The notes beneath the pieces are model-generated. The model saw only the letters and a program-made list of their open reading frames with translations. It was not told the DNA's origin and did not search any database. Of a DNA stretch of 64,000 nt, positions 10,593 to 20,671 are shown piece after piece. The stretch comes from an uncultured Pseudomonadota bacterium (GTDB taxonomy: Bacteria > Oederibacteriota > Muellerivitia > Muellerivitales > Muellerivitaceae), in the NCBI GenBank assembly GCA_963770835.1, contig CAVYRH010000008.1, positions 128,001 through 192,000 on the forward strand, in the 5' to 3' direction. Position 1 is the first letter of the stretch; the number at the start of each line of letters is the position of its first letter. Position numbers and translations under genes: made by a program.

Positions 10593-11351
10593 TTATTGCC
10601 TTTCCAGTTGGGACAAGCTGAAGGTGCTGTCGGGAACCGCCGCGTTGAACTGCATGTCCAAATAATAAATATCCGTTTGATGCCCCGGCTGGTCCACCGA
10701 TTCCAGCGAAAGATGGGTCGGCAATAACCGCCCCCCCATGTTTTTAACGTCCAGGAACTTCATGGTCCGGGCCAATTGCCCCTTGCGGTTGAAATATTGG
10801 GCCTGGATGGGCAATGTGCCGGCTTCATTCAGGATAAACACGATTTTCTGCCACCGGCCCACCACCCCGGGCCGGACATCCATCGTCATCTTCCAACCCG
10901 CCGGGTCGGCCGAATGCCCGTCGAGGCGGGTGTCGAAATCGTTCAAGTAGGAGGTGCTTTTGACCAGGTCGTCGTTGGTGAAGTCGGTTCCCATCCAGGA
11001 ACTGAGCATCATGGAGGGGGGAATGCGGATGGTGCGGGATATTTTGGGGAGGTAATTCCAAAGGTTGTTCCCGACTTTCAGGGTGGCGGTTCCGGCCTCC
11101 CTGGCCGGGTCGTCGATAATGATCAGGGACTTTTCCGTTCCCTTGGTCCAAATGCGCATTTTGAGGATGCGGTTTTGGGTCTCGGTTTTGGCGGTCAATT
11201 TCATTTCGCCGGTGGAGGCCGACGACCGGAACAAGTCGTCCAGGAGGTGGACGACAGCCTTCACGTCGGGCGGCGTCCCGGCGGAAGTGTTTGAAACCCA
11301 CAGGAGGAACATCCCCAGCCCGGCAATAAAGGTTTGAAATTGATTTTTCAC
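10593..11351 (-). CDS. Outer-membrane lipoprotein-sorting protein (LolA-like)
   Basis: Signal peptide; LWNYLPKISRTIRIPPSMMLSSWMGTDFTNDDL. Confidence 0.88.
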   Translation of the reverse strand: MKNQFQTFIAGLGMFLLWVSNTSAGTPPDVKAVVHLLDDLFRSSASTGEMKLTAKTETQNRILKMRIWTKGTEKSLIIIDDPAREAGTATLKVGNNLWNYLPKISRTIRIPPSMMLSSWMGTDFTNDDLVKSTSYLNDFDTRLDGHSADPAGWKMTMDVRPGVVGRWQKIVFILNEAGTLPIQAQYFNRKGQLARTMKFLDVKNMGGRLLPTHLSLESVDQPGHQTDIYYLDMQFNAAVPDSTFSLSQLERQ

Positions 11352-11410
11352 GATTCACCTCCCACGCCTTCACCAAATTAACGGGTCTTCAGGGGCAAAG
11401 CAACCCCAAT

Positions 11411-11426
11411 CAGACTAATGAGTCTG
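11411..11426. promoter_or_regulatory. Probable TetR operator just upstream of the exporter promoter (-35 TTGCTT/17 bp/-10 TAATTT on minus strand, ~11375-11404)
   Basis: CAGACT-AATG-AGTCTG inverted repeat; the operon ends in a TetR gene. Confidence 0.55.
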
Positions 11427-11602
11427 TTTTAACACATCATTGAGACAGCTACCGAATTGATCTTCTTGTATTCCTGGTGAACATGATAAACCGCTCTCAA
11501 TAAGATGGATCCGTCCGGGATGGATTTTGTCTACGCATAGGGAAAAATAATTCGGGGCGGGGTAAATTTCATTAGCAACAGCGATTGCCTTCGGCTTTTT
11601 CT

Positions 11603-11632
11603 TTGTCCAATGCAGGTCCCCGTCGTGGACAA
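11603..11632 (+). repeat. 30-bp palindromic site, copy 1 (TTGTCCAATGC-AGGTCCCC-GTCGTGGACAA)
   Basis: Related copies at 12396, 34650, 37043, 39102. Confidence 0.8.
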
Positions 11633-11670
11633 GCTTTTATCCCACAGCAGACGTGCCATCAAAAAAGTTC

Positions 11671-12321
11671 TTACAGATCATATTTCAACCCTATGTCGAA
11701 GGATTCAAAGTCATAACCTTGATATTCCTTATTGAGGATGCCGTTCCAATCCCACTGAAAGAGGAGATAGGTTTGGGGCCAAAGCTTGACGTCCATCCCA
11801 ACCCCGGCCAAAAGGGCGATGCCCACCCCGCTATCCGCCGGACTGGTGAGAGAAAAGGGATAGCCGTAATTCGGATTGGTAGTCGTCAACCCTTCCAGGT
11901 TGAAGAGGTGCATTCCCGTGCCGAACGAGGCATAGGGCACCACCGGATTATCCTGGGCGAGGAATTTGAATTTCCCATTGATCAGGAAAGCGAGATCCTC
12001 CTCCCCTCCCCCCGAGACGGTCGCCCCCCCATTGTTTTTGTAATAATCAGGATTCACCGGCAAAGAGTAATAACGGACGTTGAATACCAGGGAGAAGAGC
12101 TGGGAGAGATCGACGCCCAAACCCAAACCGAAATTGTATCCCGGGTTTACCTCGGTTTCGTCACTGGCGTCCGTGGTTGTCCCGCCGCCAAAAACATAGA
12201 GGGAGTAGCGGTGCTCCACGGGGGCCGGGGCGTTGGGTGGAGGAAGGTTGTCGGCTCGCAAACAAGAAAATGAGATCACGACCCAAAGAATAAAAACCAA
12301 GAATAGTGATCGGCGGTTCAT
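11671..12321 (-). CDS. Outer-membrane beta-barrel protein (OmpA/OmpW-like membrane domain)
   Basis: Signal peptide; alternating beta strands, VPYASFGTG, C-terminal IGLKYDL. Confidence 0.8.
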   Translation of the reverse strand: MNRRSLFLVFILWVVISFSCLRADNLPPPNAPAPVEHRYSLYVFGGGTTTDASDETEVNPGYNFGLGLGVDLSQLFSLVFNVRYYSLPVNPDYYKNNGGATVSGGGEEDLAFLINGKFKFLAQDNPVVPYASFGTGMHLFNLEGLTTTNPNYGYPFSLTSPADSGVGIALLAGVGMDVKLWPQTYLLFQWDWNGILNKEYQGYDFESFDIGLKYDL

Positions 12322-12395
12322 GAATCCCCTTTTACAACTCTCAGAATCGAATGACATGGCTCCCGATATTAAACGGTTTTCAAATTCTCTTGTTC

Positions 12396-12425
12396 TTGTC
12401 CACTACACCTCCCCGTCGCGGACAA
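12396..12425 (+). repeat. 30-bp palindromic site, copy 2 (TTGTCCACTAC-ACCTCCCC-GTCGCGGACAA)
   Basis: Same arms and orientation as copy 1. Confidence 0.7.
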
Positions 12426-12439
12426 AGTTTTAGCCAGGC

Positions 12440-13732
12440 TCAGCTTTTACGCATTTCCAGGAAACTCTTGAAATCCATCGTGACCTGGTCGGCATAGGCG
12501 TGGGCGATCACCTGCAGCATGCTCAGGAACTTCTTTTCCCTTCCCTTCAGGCGCTTCCAGGTCTTGGCGGCGAAATTTTTGCGCGCCCGCGCGTGGGCCC
12601 GGGCCAGCACCTGGCCCATCTGCTGGGTGACGCCGGCGTCCACCTTGCCGAAGGGCAGGGCGTCCTTATAGGGCGACCTCTCCCTCACGCAGTATTCGCC
12701 GTCCTCCAGCTTCAACCAGCCCAGCCAGGGGTCCACGTCCTTCCCCAGGGCCTGGTAGGCCAGCACGACGCGAAAGGCGTGGTGGCCGCCGCAGGCTTCC
12801 TTGGTTTTGTGCTTGTACTTCTTCGGCAGGTAGGCCCAGGGGCTGGGTTTGGGTTGGAGCTTGATGTCCAGGATGCGGTAATACCCCTTGCCGCCCGCCT
12901 CCACCTCCGCCAAAACGTAATAGCGGTTGAACCCGTAGGATCCCACGCCCTGGTGAAGGCGCAAGGCGATGTCCTTCACCTCAAAATAACCGATTTGCTT
13001 GACGGGCCAGGGTTTCAATTCTTCGGCGTAATCCTTCAGGGCCTCCCGGATCTTGGTGTCCATTCCCGGCGGGATCGTGTCCAGGTCGGGGTTTTTCCGG
13101 TTGAAGACCAGGTCCCCCTGCTCCTCCACCGTCCAGCGGTCCAGCATCCTTTTGCGGTCGTGCTTGGCATAGACGTGCTCCAGGAAATGCCTCAAGCCGC
13201 CCTTGGCGGTCTTGTGGTCCATGGGCTCCCAGGCGCAATCCGGGTCCTTGGCGCAGCGTTCCACTTCCCGCAGGTATCCCTTGGCGCAGGCCTTCACCAG
13301 CTCCCGGCGGTGGTGGGGCTTCAGCTTGTTTTCCCTCGCCAAGAGGTTCAGGCTCACCACCAGCCGCCACAGGTCGAACTGGTAGTCGGCCACCACGCTT
13401 TCGTCAAAATCGGTCACGTCGTACACCAGCCGGCCCTTGGCGTCGGTGAAGGCGCCGAAGTTGCCGCAATGCATGTCCCCACAAAGCCAGGTGCGGTTGC
13501 CCATTTTGCCGCCGAAATACTTGGTCAGGTGGGTCGCGCCGAAATCGGCCCAATACAAATGGTCCGTTCCCCGGAAAAAAACGAAGGGCGACGACGACAT
13601 TTCCTTGAATTTCTCGTCGCGCCTTACGGGAATGAGCTTATGGTTGAAGAGGTCGATCTCTTTCCTCACCCAGTCGGGGCGGGGTTGGGGGAAAAGAACG
13701 TCGGCGTGGGGGTCCACGAAAGGCTTAGCCAT
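12440..13732 (-). CDS. DUF2252-family protein (kinase-like fold)
   Basis: MSSSPFVFFRGT, WLCGDMHCGNFG, YDVTDFDE, GVGSYG..RYYVL, LARAHARA. Confidence 0.88.
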   Translation of the reverse strand: MAKPFVDPHADVLFPQPRPDWVRKEIDLFNHKLIPVRRDEKFKEMSSSPFVFFRGTDHLYWADFGATHLTKYFGGKMGNRTWLCGDMHCGNFGAFTDAKGRLVYDVTDFDESVVADYQFDLWRLVVSLNLLARENKLKPHHRRELVKACAKGYLREVERCAKDPDCAWEPMDHKTAKGGLRHFLEHVYAKHDRKRMLDRWTVEEQGDLVFNRKNPDLDTIPPGMDTKIREALKDYAEELKPWPVKQIGYFEVKDIALRLHQGVGSYGFNRYYVLAEVEAGGKGYYRILDIKLQPKPSPWAYLPKKYKHKTKEACGGHHAFRVVLAYQALGKDVDPWLGWLKLEDGEYCVRERSPYKDALPFGKVDAGVTQQMGQVLARAHARARKNFAAKTWKRLKGREKKFLSMLQVIAHAYADQVTMDFKSFLEMRKS

Positions 13733-14038
13733 GGTTTATCCAATCTGGAAAAAATGAAGCCACAAGTATCAAGATACGCCCGTCATTCGCGGTGGACAAC
13801 GGCAAAAAACGGTTCCACGCCGCCCGCACTCAAGCGGGCGAAGCGTTGTGCAGAAGTCGCGCGAATCGGCGAAGCCGAAGAGCAAAAAAGGACTTCTGCG
13901 AAGCCGCCCGCCCTCAAGCCACTTTGCCGAGGCCACCAGCCGAGGCATAAGACTTGAGTGTATTGGAGCCAATATAAAAAAGGCTCCAATGAAAACTATT
14001 TTAAATTTGTGGAACCGCGGGTGGGGGATTCGGGAGGC

Positions 14039-14542
14039 CTATTCCGAAACCCAGGAAACGGGCAGGTTGGATTGGGGCACAGCCACCACGGACTGTAAAA
14101 AAGTGGTAAAAACGGAATTGCAGGTGACCCCCCCGGGAGTCGGGCAAGTTTCCCCTCCGTTGTGATAAAGCACTTGAATATGGTCCGGATAGGTGCAAAC
14201 GGAGACGATCACCGGCGGATTCGCCGAGCACATGCAATCGAAGACAACGGTTTGGCTTAATTCCAGGATCATTTGGGTTGAAAAATTGACCGCGGGAACC
14301 GCCGTTCCGGTCCCATTGACGTTGGTCCATTGCGTTTGGTTTTGGATCACATAATCTCCGCTGGCGACTCCCCAAGCGGGCGTGGAGGCGAGTGGCGTGA
14401 AACCGCAAACCGGGGTGGCAATGACGGTGGGGCTAGGGGTCGCGGTGGGCATCGGGTTCGGGCCGACGCCAATCGGTTGTTGGCAAGCCCAAGGCGCAAT
14501 GCACAAAACGATGAACACCGATGGGATAAGGAACCTTTTCAC
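14039..14542 (-). CDS. Lipoprotein with PrcB-C-like domain
   Basis: GTG start, lipobox-like PWAC; VIQNQTQW...PAVNFSTQMIL. Confidence 0.55.
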   Translation of the reverse strand: MKRFLIPSVFIVLCIAPWACQQPIGVGPNPMPTATPSPTVIATPVCGFTPLASTPAWGVASGDYVIQNQTQWTNVNGTGTAVPAVNFSTQMILELSQTVVFDCMCSANPPVIVSVCTYPDHIQVLYHNGGETCPTPGGVTCNSVFTTFLQSVVAVPQSNLPVSWVSE

Positions 14543-14794
14543 GCGCCGCCTCCGGTTTAATATTGCCTTGATTATACCACTCAAAAAACATCCCCCAACG
14601 GAACAGCCAATTCCCAAACCGCTTAACCTTTCTCTCCGTATAGTGAACCGGCCTTCTTATTCCCGTTTAATCCTGAAAACAAACCGCAAAAACACCAAAT
14701 ATTCATAAGGCAACCTTAAAACCGGCCCAAATAGCTTAGCGATTCGAGTGGCTGGCTTGAGGTTCTTCTTGTTTGGATGCGGCTTTTGAACCGC

Positions 14795-16612
14795 CTATCT
14801 CCTTCGAGCCAGTAAAACCCCGGAACCTGATTTGATTTGCAATTCCTGTCCCACCCGGATCGCGGAAACGTCGGAAAAAACCAGCCTCACCTTCACTTTA
14901 TCGTTGGAAAACTCCAAAACCATGTCTTTCGGCAAAACCCGGTTCCTGATCACATCGTTGTAATTATATTTCACCAGCCGGTCGGCTAATGTCCCCACGG
15001 GTATTTTCCCCAGGGTTTGGTTCCCATATTCGACCAGGAGGTATTGGCTTTGGATTGGGAATTCAAGGACATAGCCTGTTGCATTCTGATTTCCCGGACG
15101 CTTGGGGTTGGCGCCTTGGTTAAATTGGTTAAAGCCGAAATTTTGCTGCCAATCATAACCGGCAATGTCTCCGATCAAGCTGGTTTTCCAGGCGTGGTAA
15201 TAAGTTCTCCCGCTATAAGGATTGTTGGGGAAATATTTCACCGGGTCCAGCCCGAACCAATCCATCAGTTGGGGTAAATGGGAGAGACTGTTCTCCTTGT
15301 CCCAGTTCAACCCCCGTAATTCCTCCGGGAGCCAATCTCGGAGAGGTTTCAGGCCGTACTCATAGGCCATTTGGCGGAAATCCCAATAAATCCTGTTTTG
15401 GGTTTTGGCGTCGGGTTGGGGAGAAACTTTGACCAACCGCCCATTTTTTAATAATCCAAATTCGATCAGGTCCTGTTTCAGCGCGTCTTGTCGGTCCTGG
15501 CGGGTAAGCTGTGCCGGGCTCAAAGGGCCCACGGAAGTGACGCCTAACATCACCACGAGGGAGAGAACGGGCCTTTTCCAACCCGGCTTTTTTACCAAAA
15601 GAAAATAAAAGAAAACCGCTCCCAGCCAAACCATCGTGAACAAGGAATCATAATCCCAGACGTTCCAACCTCCCCCGTGATGCATGACGAGCGGGGCAAA
15701 TGCCATGGCTGACAGCAGCAGGATCGAGACGAGGGCAAGGATCTTGGGATAAAGGGCCATCCAAGGACGGTTTTTCCCCAAGCGAAGGATGGCTATTAAG
15801 CCGATGGAATAAAAGGCCAGGGCAAAGAAGAAAATCCTTTCATCAACAAGGTAGTTTTGAAACCACCGGACCGCGAAGTACCCATGGAAGGATTTAATGA
15901 ACTCAAAGAGATAACCCCCGCCAAGGACCAGAAGCGCCCCGGCCAACCACCCAGAGCCCGTTAGGGTGTTTCCGGCTCCCTTTTCTTCCGGGGCATAAAA
16001 GCTTTTTTCCAGGACCCCCAGGAGATACCAGGAAATAACGAGGTAACGGGTTATGGGGAAAATAAGTCCTTGATTGCCCGAGTATTGCAATTGGGGAAAG
16101 AAAGGGAGCAGGGACCGCACCACTCCATCCACCAAAAACAAAAGAAGGTAGGCCGCGGCCAGGCCTTGGATCAAATTCACCACAAAGGCCCAAAGCTTTT
16201 CCGGTGAATATTCCCTCTGGGTCAGGGGGAACAACAGGGCGGTCAAAGAAACAAAATGTAATAACCGTTGGTGGGAAGGGCTCAGGGAATAATCGCTGTT
16301 AAAATAAAAATAAGCGGCTTCCACCACCGCGAAGCCCAAGGCATAAGCGGCCGATCGGTACTTGAAGTTTTTTAACCGCGGGCTCGCGAGCCATTGATGG
16401 AGAAGCGCGAAAAAAGATATTCCGAGGAGAAAGCTGTCCAGCAGGTTATAAAAATCGATAGAAACGGAAAAAGTTGGAAAGTATCGGGAGAAAAACATCT
16501 GGTATCCCGACCCGATGGCGTAGAGAAAACCGAAAAGAAGGACAAAGGGATATTTCTTTACATAACTAAAAAACCCGATTCCGGGGTAAAACCAAGGGCC
16601 TTGGCGGTCCAT
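14795..16612 (-). CDS. Polytopic membrane protein (DUF4153-like)
   Basis: ~11 hydrophobic segments, then TSVGPLSPAQLTRQDR...LIEFGLLKNG and a soluble tail. Confidence 0.65.
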   Translation of the reverse strand: MDRQGPWFYPGIGFFSYVKKYPFVLLFGFLYAIGSGYQMFFSRYFPTFSVSIDFYNLLDSFLLGISFFALLHQWLASPRLKNFKYRSAAYALGFAVVEAAYFYFNSDYSLSPSHQRLLHFVSLTALLFPLTQREYSPEKLWAFVVNLIQGLAAAYLLLFLVDGVVRSLLPFFPQLQYSGNQGLIFPITRYLVISWYLLGVLEKSFYAPEEKGAGNTLTGSGWLAGALLVLGGGYLFEFIKSFHGYFAVRWFQNYLVDERIFFFALAFYSIGLIAILRLGKNRPWMALYPKILALVSILLLSAMAFAPLVMHHGGGWNVWDYDSLFTMVWLGAVFFYFLLVKKPGWKRPVLSLVVMLGVTSVGPLSPAQLTRQDRQDALKQDLIEFGLLKNGRLVKVSPQPDAKTQNRIYWDFRQMAYEYGLKPLRDWLPEELRGLNWDKENSLSHLPQLMDWFGLDPVKYFPNNPYSGRTYYHAWKTSLIGDIAGYDWQQNFGFNQFNQGANPKRPGNQNATGYVLEFPIQSQYLLVEYGNQTLGKIPVGTLADRLVKYNYNDVIRNRVLPKDMVLEFSNDKVKVRLVFSDVSAIRVGQELQIKSGSGVLLARRR

Positions 16613-16716
16613 ACAGACTCCTTGAGCGGCAAATATTTAAAAGAAACCATAAACGTGGCGGCGATGTGTTCAGCGGAGAATAGCGCTCCGTTTTTAACTG
16701 ATCAACCCTTAACCCG

Positions 16717-19700
16717 CTACCTCAATACCAGCAACTTACTGATCCGGCGGCCCTGGGTGGTGGTCACCACCACATAGTAAAGGCCGTTGGCCAGGGCGGT
16801 TCCCCCGTTGTCGGTCAAGGGCAGGCTCAACTGCGTTCCCGCCGCCGCCTTGGCAAGGTTGATTTCCCTCACTTTCCGGAAAGCCAGGGTGAACACCTGG
16901 ATCTTTACGCTGGAACCCGTCGTCACGTAGCCCCGCAGGGTGACCGGCCCGGGCCCGGTCGCCGGGTTGGGATAAATCCCGATGACTCCGCCGGGAGTGG
17001 AAGTGATCGTTGGCGTAGAAGTAAAAGCCGGAGTAAGCGTGATCGTCGGGCTGAAGGTCGGTGTGGATGTGGGTGTGACGGTCCAGCTTGATGTTGGGGA
17101 AGCGGTCGGTGTGCTGGAGGCTGTCGCCCTGGGCGTCCCCGTGGGCGTCGGCGAGGCCGTTAAGGTCGGGCTCCGGGTGGGTGTGGGGCTGGGGGTCTGC
17201 GTGGCGCTGGAAGTGGGGGTAAAGCTGGGGGTTGGTGTTCCACTTGGGGTCGGCGTCCCACTCGGCGTCGCCGAAGCCGTCAAGCTGGGGGTGTTCGTCA
17301 CCGTGTAGCTGAACAGGGGGGTGGGGGTGATGGTCCCGGTTGCGGTGGCCGAGGGGGTCAGCGTGGGAGTGCGGGTCACGGTGAGGGTCGGCGTAGACGT
17401 CATTGAACTGCTTGCGGTGAAGGTCGGCGAAGCCGTCATCGAACTGGTGGCCGAGGCCGTCGGCGTGGCCGTGGGGCTTTTCGTGGGGGTGGCCGTGGGG
17501 CTGGCCGTAGCCGTCAACGTATTGCCCGCTGTGGGGCTGGGCGTGGCGGTCGCGCCGGACGCCGCGTTGGCCATTTTCCAAACCCCTCCGCCGAAGGTGC
17601 CCACGTAAGTGGCGTTGTTGCCGAAACCCACGTGCTGGATGGAGCTGAAAGGCAGGGTGGTCACCCGGGCCCAGGTGCCGCCGCCGTCGGTGGTCTCGAA
17701 AAAGCCCTGGTTCTCGGTTCCGTAATAAACGGTGGTGGGGTTGGAGGGGTCGATGCTGGGGGCGTAGCCGTAGGGCGTGTGGCCGGGGGGCATGGCCATG
17801 AGGGTCCAGCTGGTGCCCCCGTTGGTGGTGCGGTAACAGCCCCCGCTTGAGGTCTTGGCGTCCTGGGCCGCCAGGAAGATCGTGGCGGGGTTGGAAGGGT
17901 TCACGTCGAAGTCCGTAGGGTAATAGGGCGCCACCCCGTTCACGTTGGCGGCGATGTTGGTCCAGGTGCCGCCGCCGTTCGTGGAAAGAAAGAGCCCCCC
18001 GGGGTTGGCGTAACCCGACTGCGCCGACAGCAGGCAGTAAAGGTTGCTTCCCACGATCTTCAACGAATAAACGTCCTTGTTGGTTCCGATGGTGGGCTGG
18101 GTGGCGCAGGCGGCCCAGCTGGCGCAATTGTTGGCGGATTTATAGACGCCCTGCCCCCAGAGGGCCGTGTAAAAGACCTGGCTGACCGGGTCGTAAACGA
18201 TGGAAGTGTCGGGCGCGGAAGGCAGGCCCGTGGCCGAATTGGTCCAGGTTCCGCCATAGTTGGTGCTCTTGATCACCCCGCCTGTGCCGGCCTTGCCGAT
18301 AGGGTTGGAATGGTCCAGGTCGTGCAGGCTGGAAACCGCCGCGAAGACCGTACCGGCGGTGGCGTTGAAGGCCAAGTGGTAGAAGGTTTCGGTCCATCCC
18401 GAGGGGAAAGAAGCGTCGTTACGGCGGGCCGTGTTGTGCCAGGTGGCCCCCGAGTCGCCGGACCAGCAAAAGCCGATGTCCGAGGCGCAGATATAGTTGT
18501 AATTGGCGTTGTTGGGGTCGAAGGCGTATTGGAAAACGCTGGTGACCTCCAGCCCCCGCGAGGACCAGGCCTGGCCCTGGGAGGGCGGCGCGGTCCCGGC
18601 GAAGTTGGAATAGGCCTCCGTCCAGCTCACCCCGGCCGTGTCGCTCTTGAAGGTCTCCCCCAGGTCGCTGAACATCACCTGGCTGGAATTCGCAGAATTC
18701 ACCCCCAGCCCGTCCACCGGCGAGCCCCAACCCGAGAAGCTCAGGTCGAAATCGATCCACCCGTCAAAAAGGTTGGCCACGGGGGAAGCGTCCACGAATA
18801 CCTGGGCCCAGGAAGTCCCGCCGTTGGTGGTCTGCCAAACGGTGCGGTTATTGTTGTTGGTGGCGTAGGCGGTGCTGGTGTCGTTGTCCGCGCCCGCCAC
18901 CATGGCGAAGGTGTCGGCGTTGCTGGAAAGGGTCCAGGCGGCGGCGTTGGTGGAGGTATAAAGCTCGTTGGTGTTGGCGTCGATGGCGAAAAGCCGGGTT
19001 CCCCCCGCCGTTCCCGTGCTGGCCCCCGTGAACCCCAGCACGTTGGCCGGGGTGGACAACCCCGTGTTGGCGGCGGCCCAGCTACTTCCCTCGTTGGCCG
19101 ATACGAAAACCCCCGCCGAGGTGCCCACGTAACAGGTGCGGTTCCCCACCGGCGTGGATTGGTCCACCATGAACCCGCTCACATAGCCGGAAGTTCCCGT
19201 TCCCGCGCTAAAACTGGTGCCCCCGTTGGTGCTCACCCAAACGCCGTTATCCGTCCCGATCAAAATGAAATTGGCGTTGCCCCGGTCGATGTAAATGAGG
19301 GTCACCCTTCCCCCCGTGTTCCCCCAGGCGGGCCAGGGGGCCGGGTTTGCGCCGGACACCACCGACCAGGTCAACCCGCCGTCGTTGCTCACCAGCAGGT
19401 TGGGCGGGTTGTTTTGGGTGTCCTGCTGGGCCCCGAAGCCATAGACGATGTTGGCGTTGGTGGGGTGGAATGCCATGGGGCACATCACCCCGTCGTTGTA
19501 GCCGTAATCCACCGCGGTGCTGATCTGGTAGAAATCCAGCATGGCCCAGGTGTTCCCGCCGTCCGCGCTGCGGTACCAGCCCGACATGTCACAGCCCACA
19601 AAGCGCAGGTTGGAATTAAGGGGAGAAATGGAAGGCGCGTATTGGGCCCCGCCGCCGCCCATCCCAACCGTGGTCCAGGTTTGGGCATGCAGGAAGTCCG

Positions 19701-19791
19701 GGCAAAGGGCGAGGAGGCCTGAAAAGGCGAGGGCCCCTATCCAGGCGGGGAAAGAACCCTGTCCCGGGGTATGAAAGGCGCGATAGGGCAT
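16717..19791 (-). CDS. Secreted BNR/Asp-box beta-propeller protein (GH74/xyloglucanase- or Vps10-like) with Thr/Pro stalk and T9SS-like C-terminal domain
   Basis: VGCDMSGWYRSADGGNTW and many SxxGGxTW Asp-boxes; TPT stalk; IYPNP...LANGLYYVVV...KLLVLR. Confidence 0.85.
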   Translation of the reverse strand: MPYRAFHTPGQGSFPAWIGALAFSGLLALCPDFLHAQTWTTVGMGGGGAQYAPSISPLNSNLRFVGCDMSGWYRSADGGNTWAMLDFYQISTAVDYGYNDGVMCPMAFHPTNANIVYGFGAQQDTQNNPPNLLVSNDGGLTWSVVSGANPAPWPAWGNTGGRVTLIYIDRGNANFILIGTDNGVWVSTNGGTSFSAGTGTSGYVSGFMVDQSTPVGNRTCYVGTSAGVFVSANEGSSWAAANTGLSTPANVLGFTGASTGTAGGTRLFAIDANTNELYTSTNAAAWTLSSNADTFAMVAGADNDTSTAYATNNNNRTVWQTTNGGTSWAQVFVDASPVANLFDGWIDFDLSFSGWGSPVDGLGVNSANSSQVMFSDLGETFKSDTAGVSWTEAYSNFAGTAPPSQGQAWSSRGLEVTSVFQYAFDPNNANYNYICASDIGFCWSGDSGATWHNTARRNDASFPSGWTETFYHLAFNATAGTVFAAVSSLHDLDHSNPIGKAGTGGVIKSTNYGGTWTNSATGLPSAPDTSIVYDPVSQVFYTALWGQGVYKSANNCASWAACATQPTIGTNKDVYSLKIVGSNLYCLLSAQSGYANPGGLFLSTNGGGTWTNIAANVNGVAPYYPTDFDVNPSNPATIFLAAQDAKTSSGGCYRTTNGGTSWTLMAMPPGHTPYGYAPSIDPSNPTTVYYGTENQGFFETTDGGGTWARVTTLPFSSIQHVGFGNNATYVGTFGGGVWKMANAASGATATPSPTAGNTLTATASPTATPTKSPTATPTASATSSMTASPTFTASSSMTSTPTLTVTRTPTLTPSATATGTITPTPLFSYTVTNTPSLTASATPSGTPTPSGTPTPSFTPTSSATQTPSPTPTRSPTLTASPTPTGTPRATASSTPTASPTSSWTVTPTSTPTFSPTITLTPAFTSTPTITSTPGGVIGIYPNPATGPGPVTLRGYVTTGSSVKIQVFTLAFRKVREINLAKAAAGTQLSLPLTDNGGTALANGLYYVVVTTTQGRRISKLLVLR

Positions 19792-20003
19792 GTCTGTCCC
19801 TTAGGTTGGAAAAGTTCTCGGTTCTTGCCTTCAAATTTTAACACCGATTTCCAAACCGGCAGGACAAAGGACAAAGGAATAAGGGACAGGCGTTATACCC
19901 TGGCTAAAAATGAGGCATCGGGGGCGGTTCGGGGGGAAAGGGCCTGCCCTGCGGAACTTCAGGTTAGCAGGGCTGCACATGACTGGGACCTTTGTTTAGA
20001 TCC

Positions 20004-20342
20004 TCAATCGCCGATGATCTCGCTGAGACCCTCAACGATTTGGGAAAGTTCCTCAGGGGTGGCATGACCTAATTTACCCCCAAGCCGTTCGACGGAGAGG
20101 GTCCTGATTTGGCTGATTTTAACCCAGGATTTCTTGGGAAGCCTTTTTCCACTGAGCTCAAAAGTAAGCGGGAAGCCGGCCTTGGGTTCCTGGCTGGTGA
20201 GGGCCAAGGCGATAACCGTGCCCGATCTTTCGTTGAAAATATCATGGCTCAAAACCAGGACCGGCCTTTGGCCGGATTGCTCATGGCCCTTGGCCGGGTT
20301 TAAATCGGCCCAGAGAATGTCTCCCCTTAATATTTTGGCCAA
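20004..20342 (-). CDS. PemK/MazF-family toxin
   Basis: RGDILWADLNPAKGHEQSGQRPVLVLS...SQIRTLSVERL. Confidence 0.93.
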   Translation of the reverse strand: MAKILRGDILWADLNPAKGHEQSGQRPVLVLSHDIFNERSGTVIALALTSQEPKAGFPLTFELSGKRLPKKSWVKISQIRTLSVERLGGKLGHATPEELSQIVEGLSEIIGD

Positions 20343-20569
20343 TTTTTTAACTCGCCCGCTAACCCCTCATCGGCCAGGGCCTGTTCGGCTTTCGGGTTCA
20401 ATTTCGCGCATTCCTTGGCGAGGCGGCCGCGGCCCAGGTGGGCGATTTTTTCCACAAGGGCCTCGTTGATGGCCCGGCTTCGATTGGAAAAAACTTTCTT
20501 TTCCACCAGTTGGTCGACGGTTTTAAGGATTTTTTTGTCGAGCGAGATGGCGATTTTAGCGGTGGACAT
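20327..20569 (-). CDS. Ribbon-helix-helix (CopG-type) antitoxin
   Basis: KIAISLD...VDQLV...FSNRSRAINEAL; overlaps toxin. Confidence 0.88.
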   Translation of the reverse strand: MSTAKIAISLDKKILKTVDQLVEKKVFSNRSRAINEALVEKIAHLGRGRLAKECAKLNPKAEQALADEGLAGELKNWPKY

Positions 20570-20579
20570 CCCTACCTCC

Positions 20580-20600
20580 GGTATGACTTTTTATCATACC
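20580..20600. promoter_or_regulatory. Probable antitoxin autoregulatory operator
   Basis: GGTATGA-N7-TCATACC directly upstream of the antitoxin RBS. Confidence 0.6.
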
Positions 20601-20671
20601 TTCAATTTATCCAAGGGGGTGCCGGTTGTCAAGGATTGGCCGGGAGTCAGGCCCCTTTTCGACTGCTTTTT

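Noticed and set aside
11551..11570. TTCGGGGCGGGGTAAATTTC resembling an FMN riboswitch start
   Set aside because: Downstream conserved elements absent and no flavin gene follows
11603..11632. Palindromic sites read as DnaA boxes or integron attC
   Set aside because: Imperfect DnaA match, dispersed rather than clustered; too short for attC and lacking RYYYAAC/GTTRRRY ends; no intI in window
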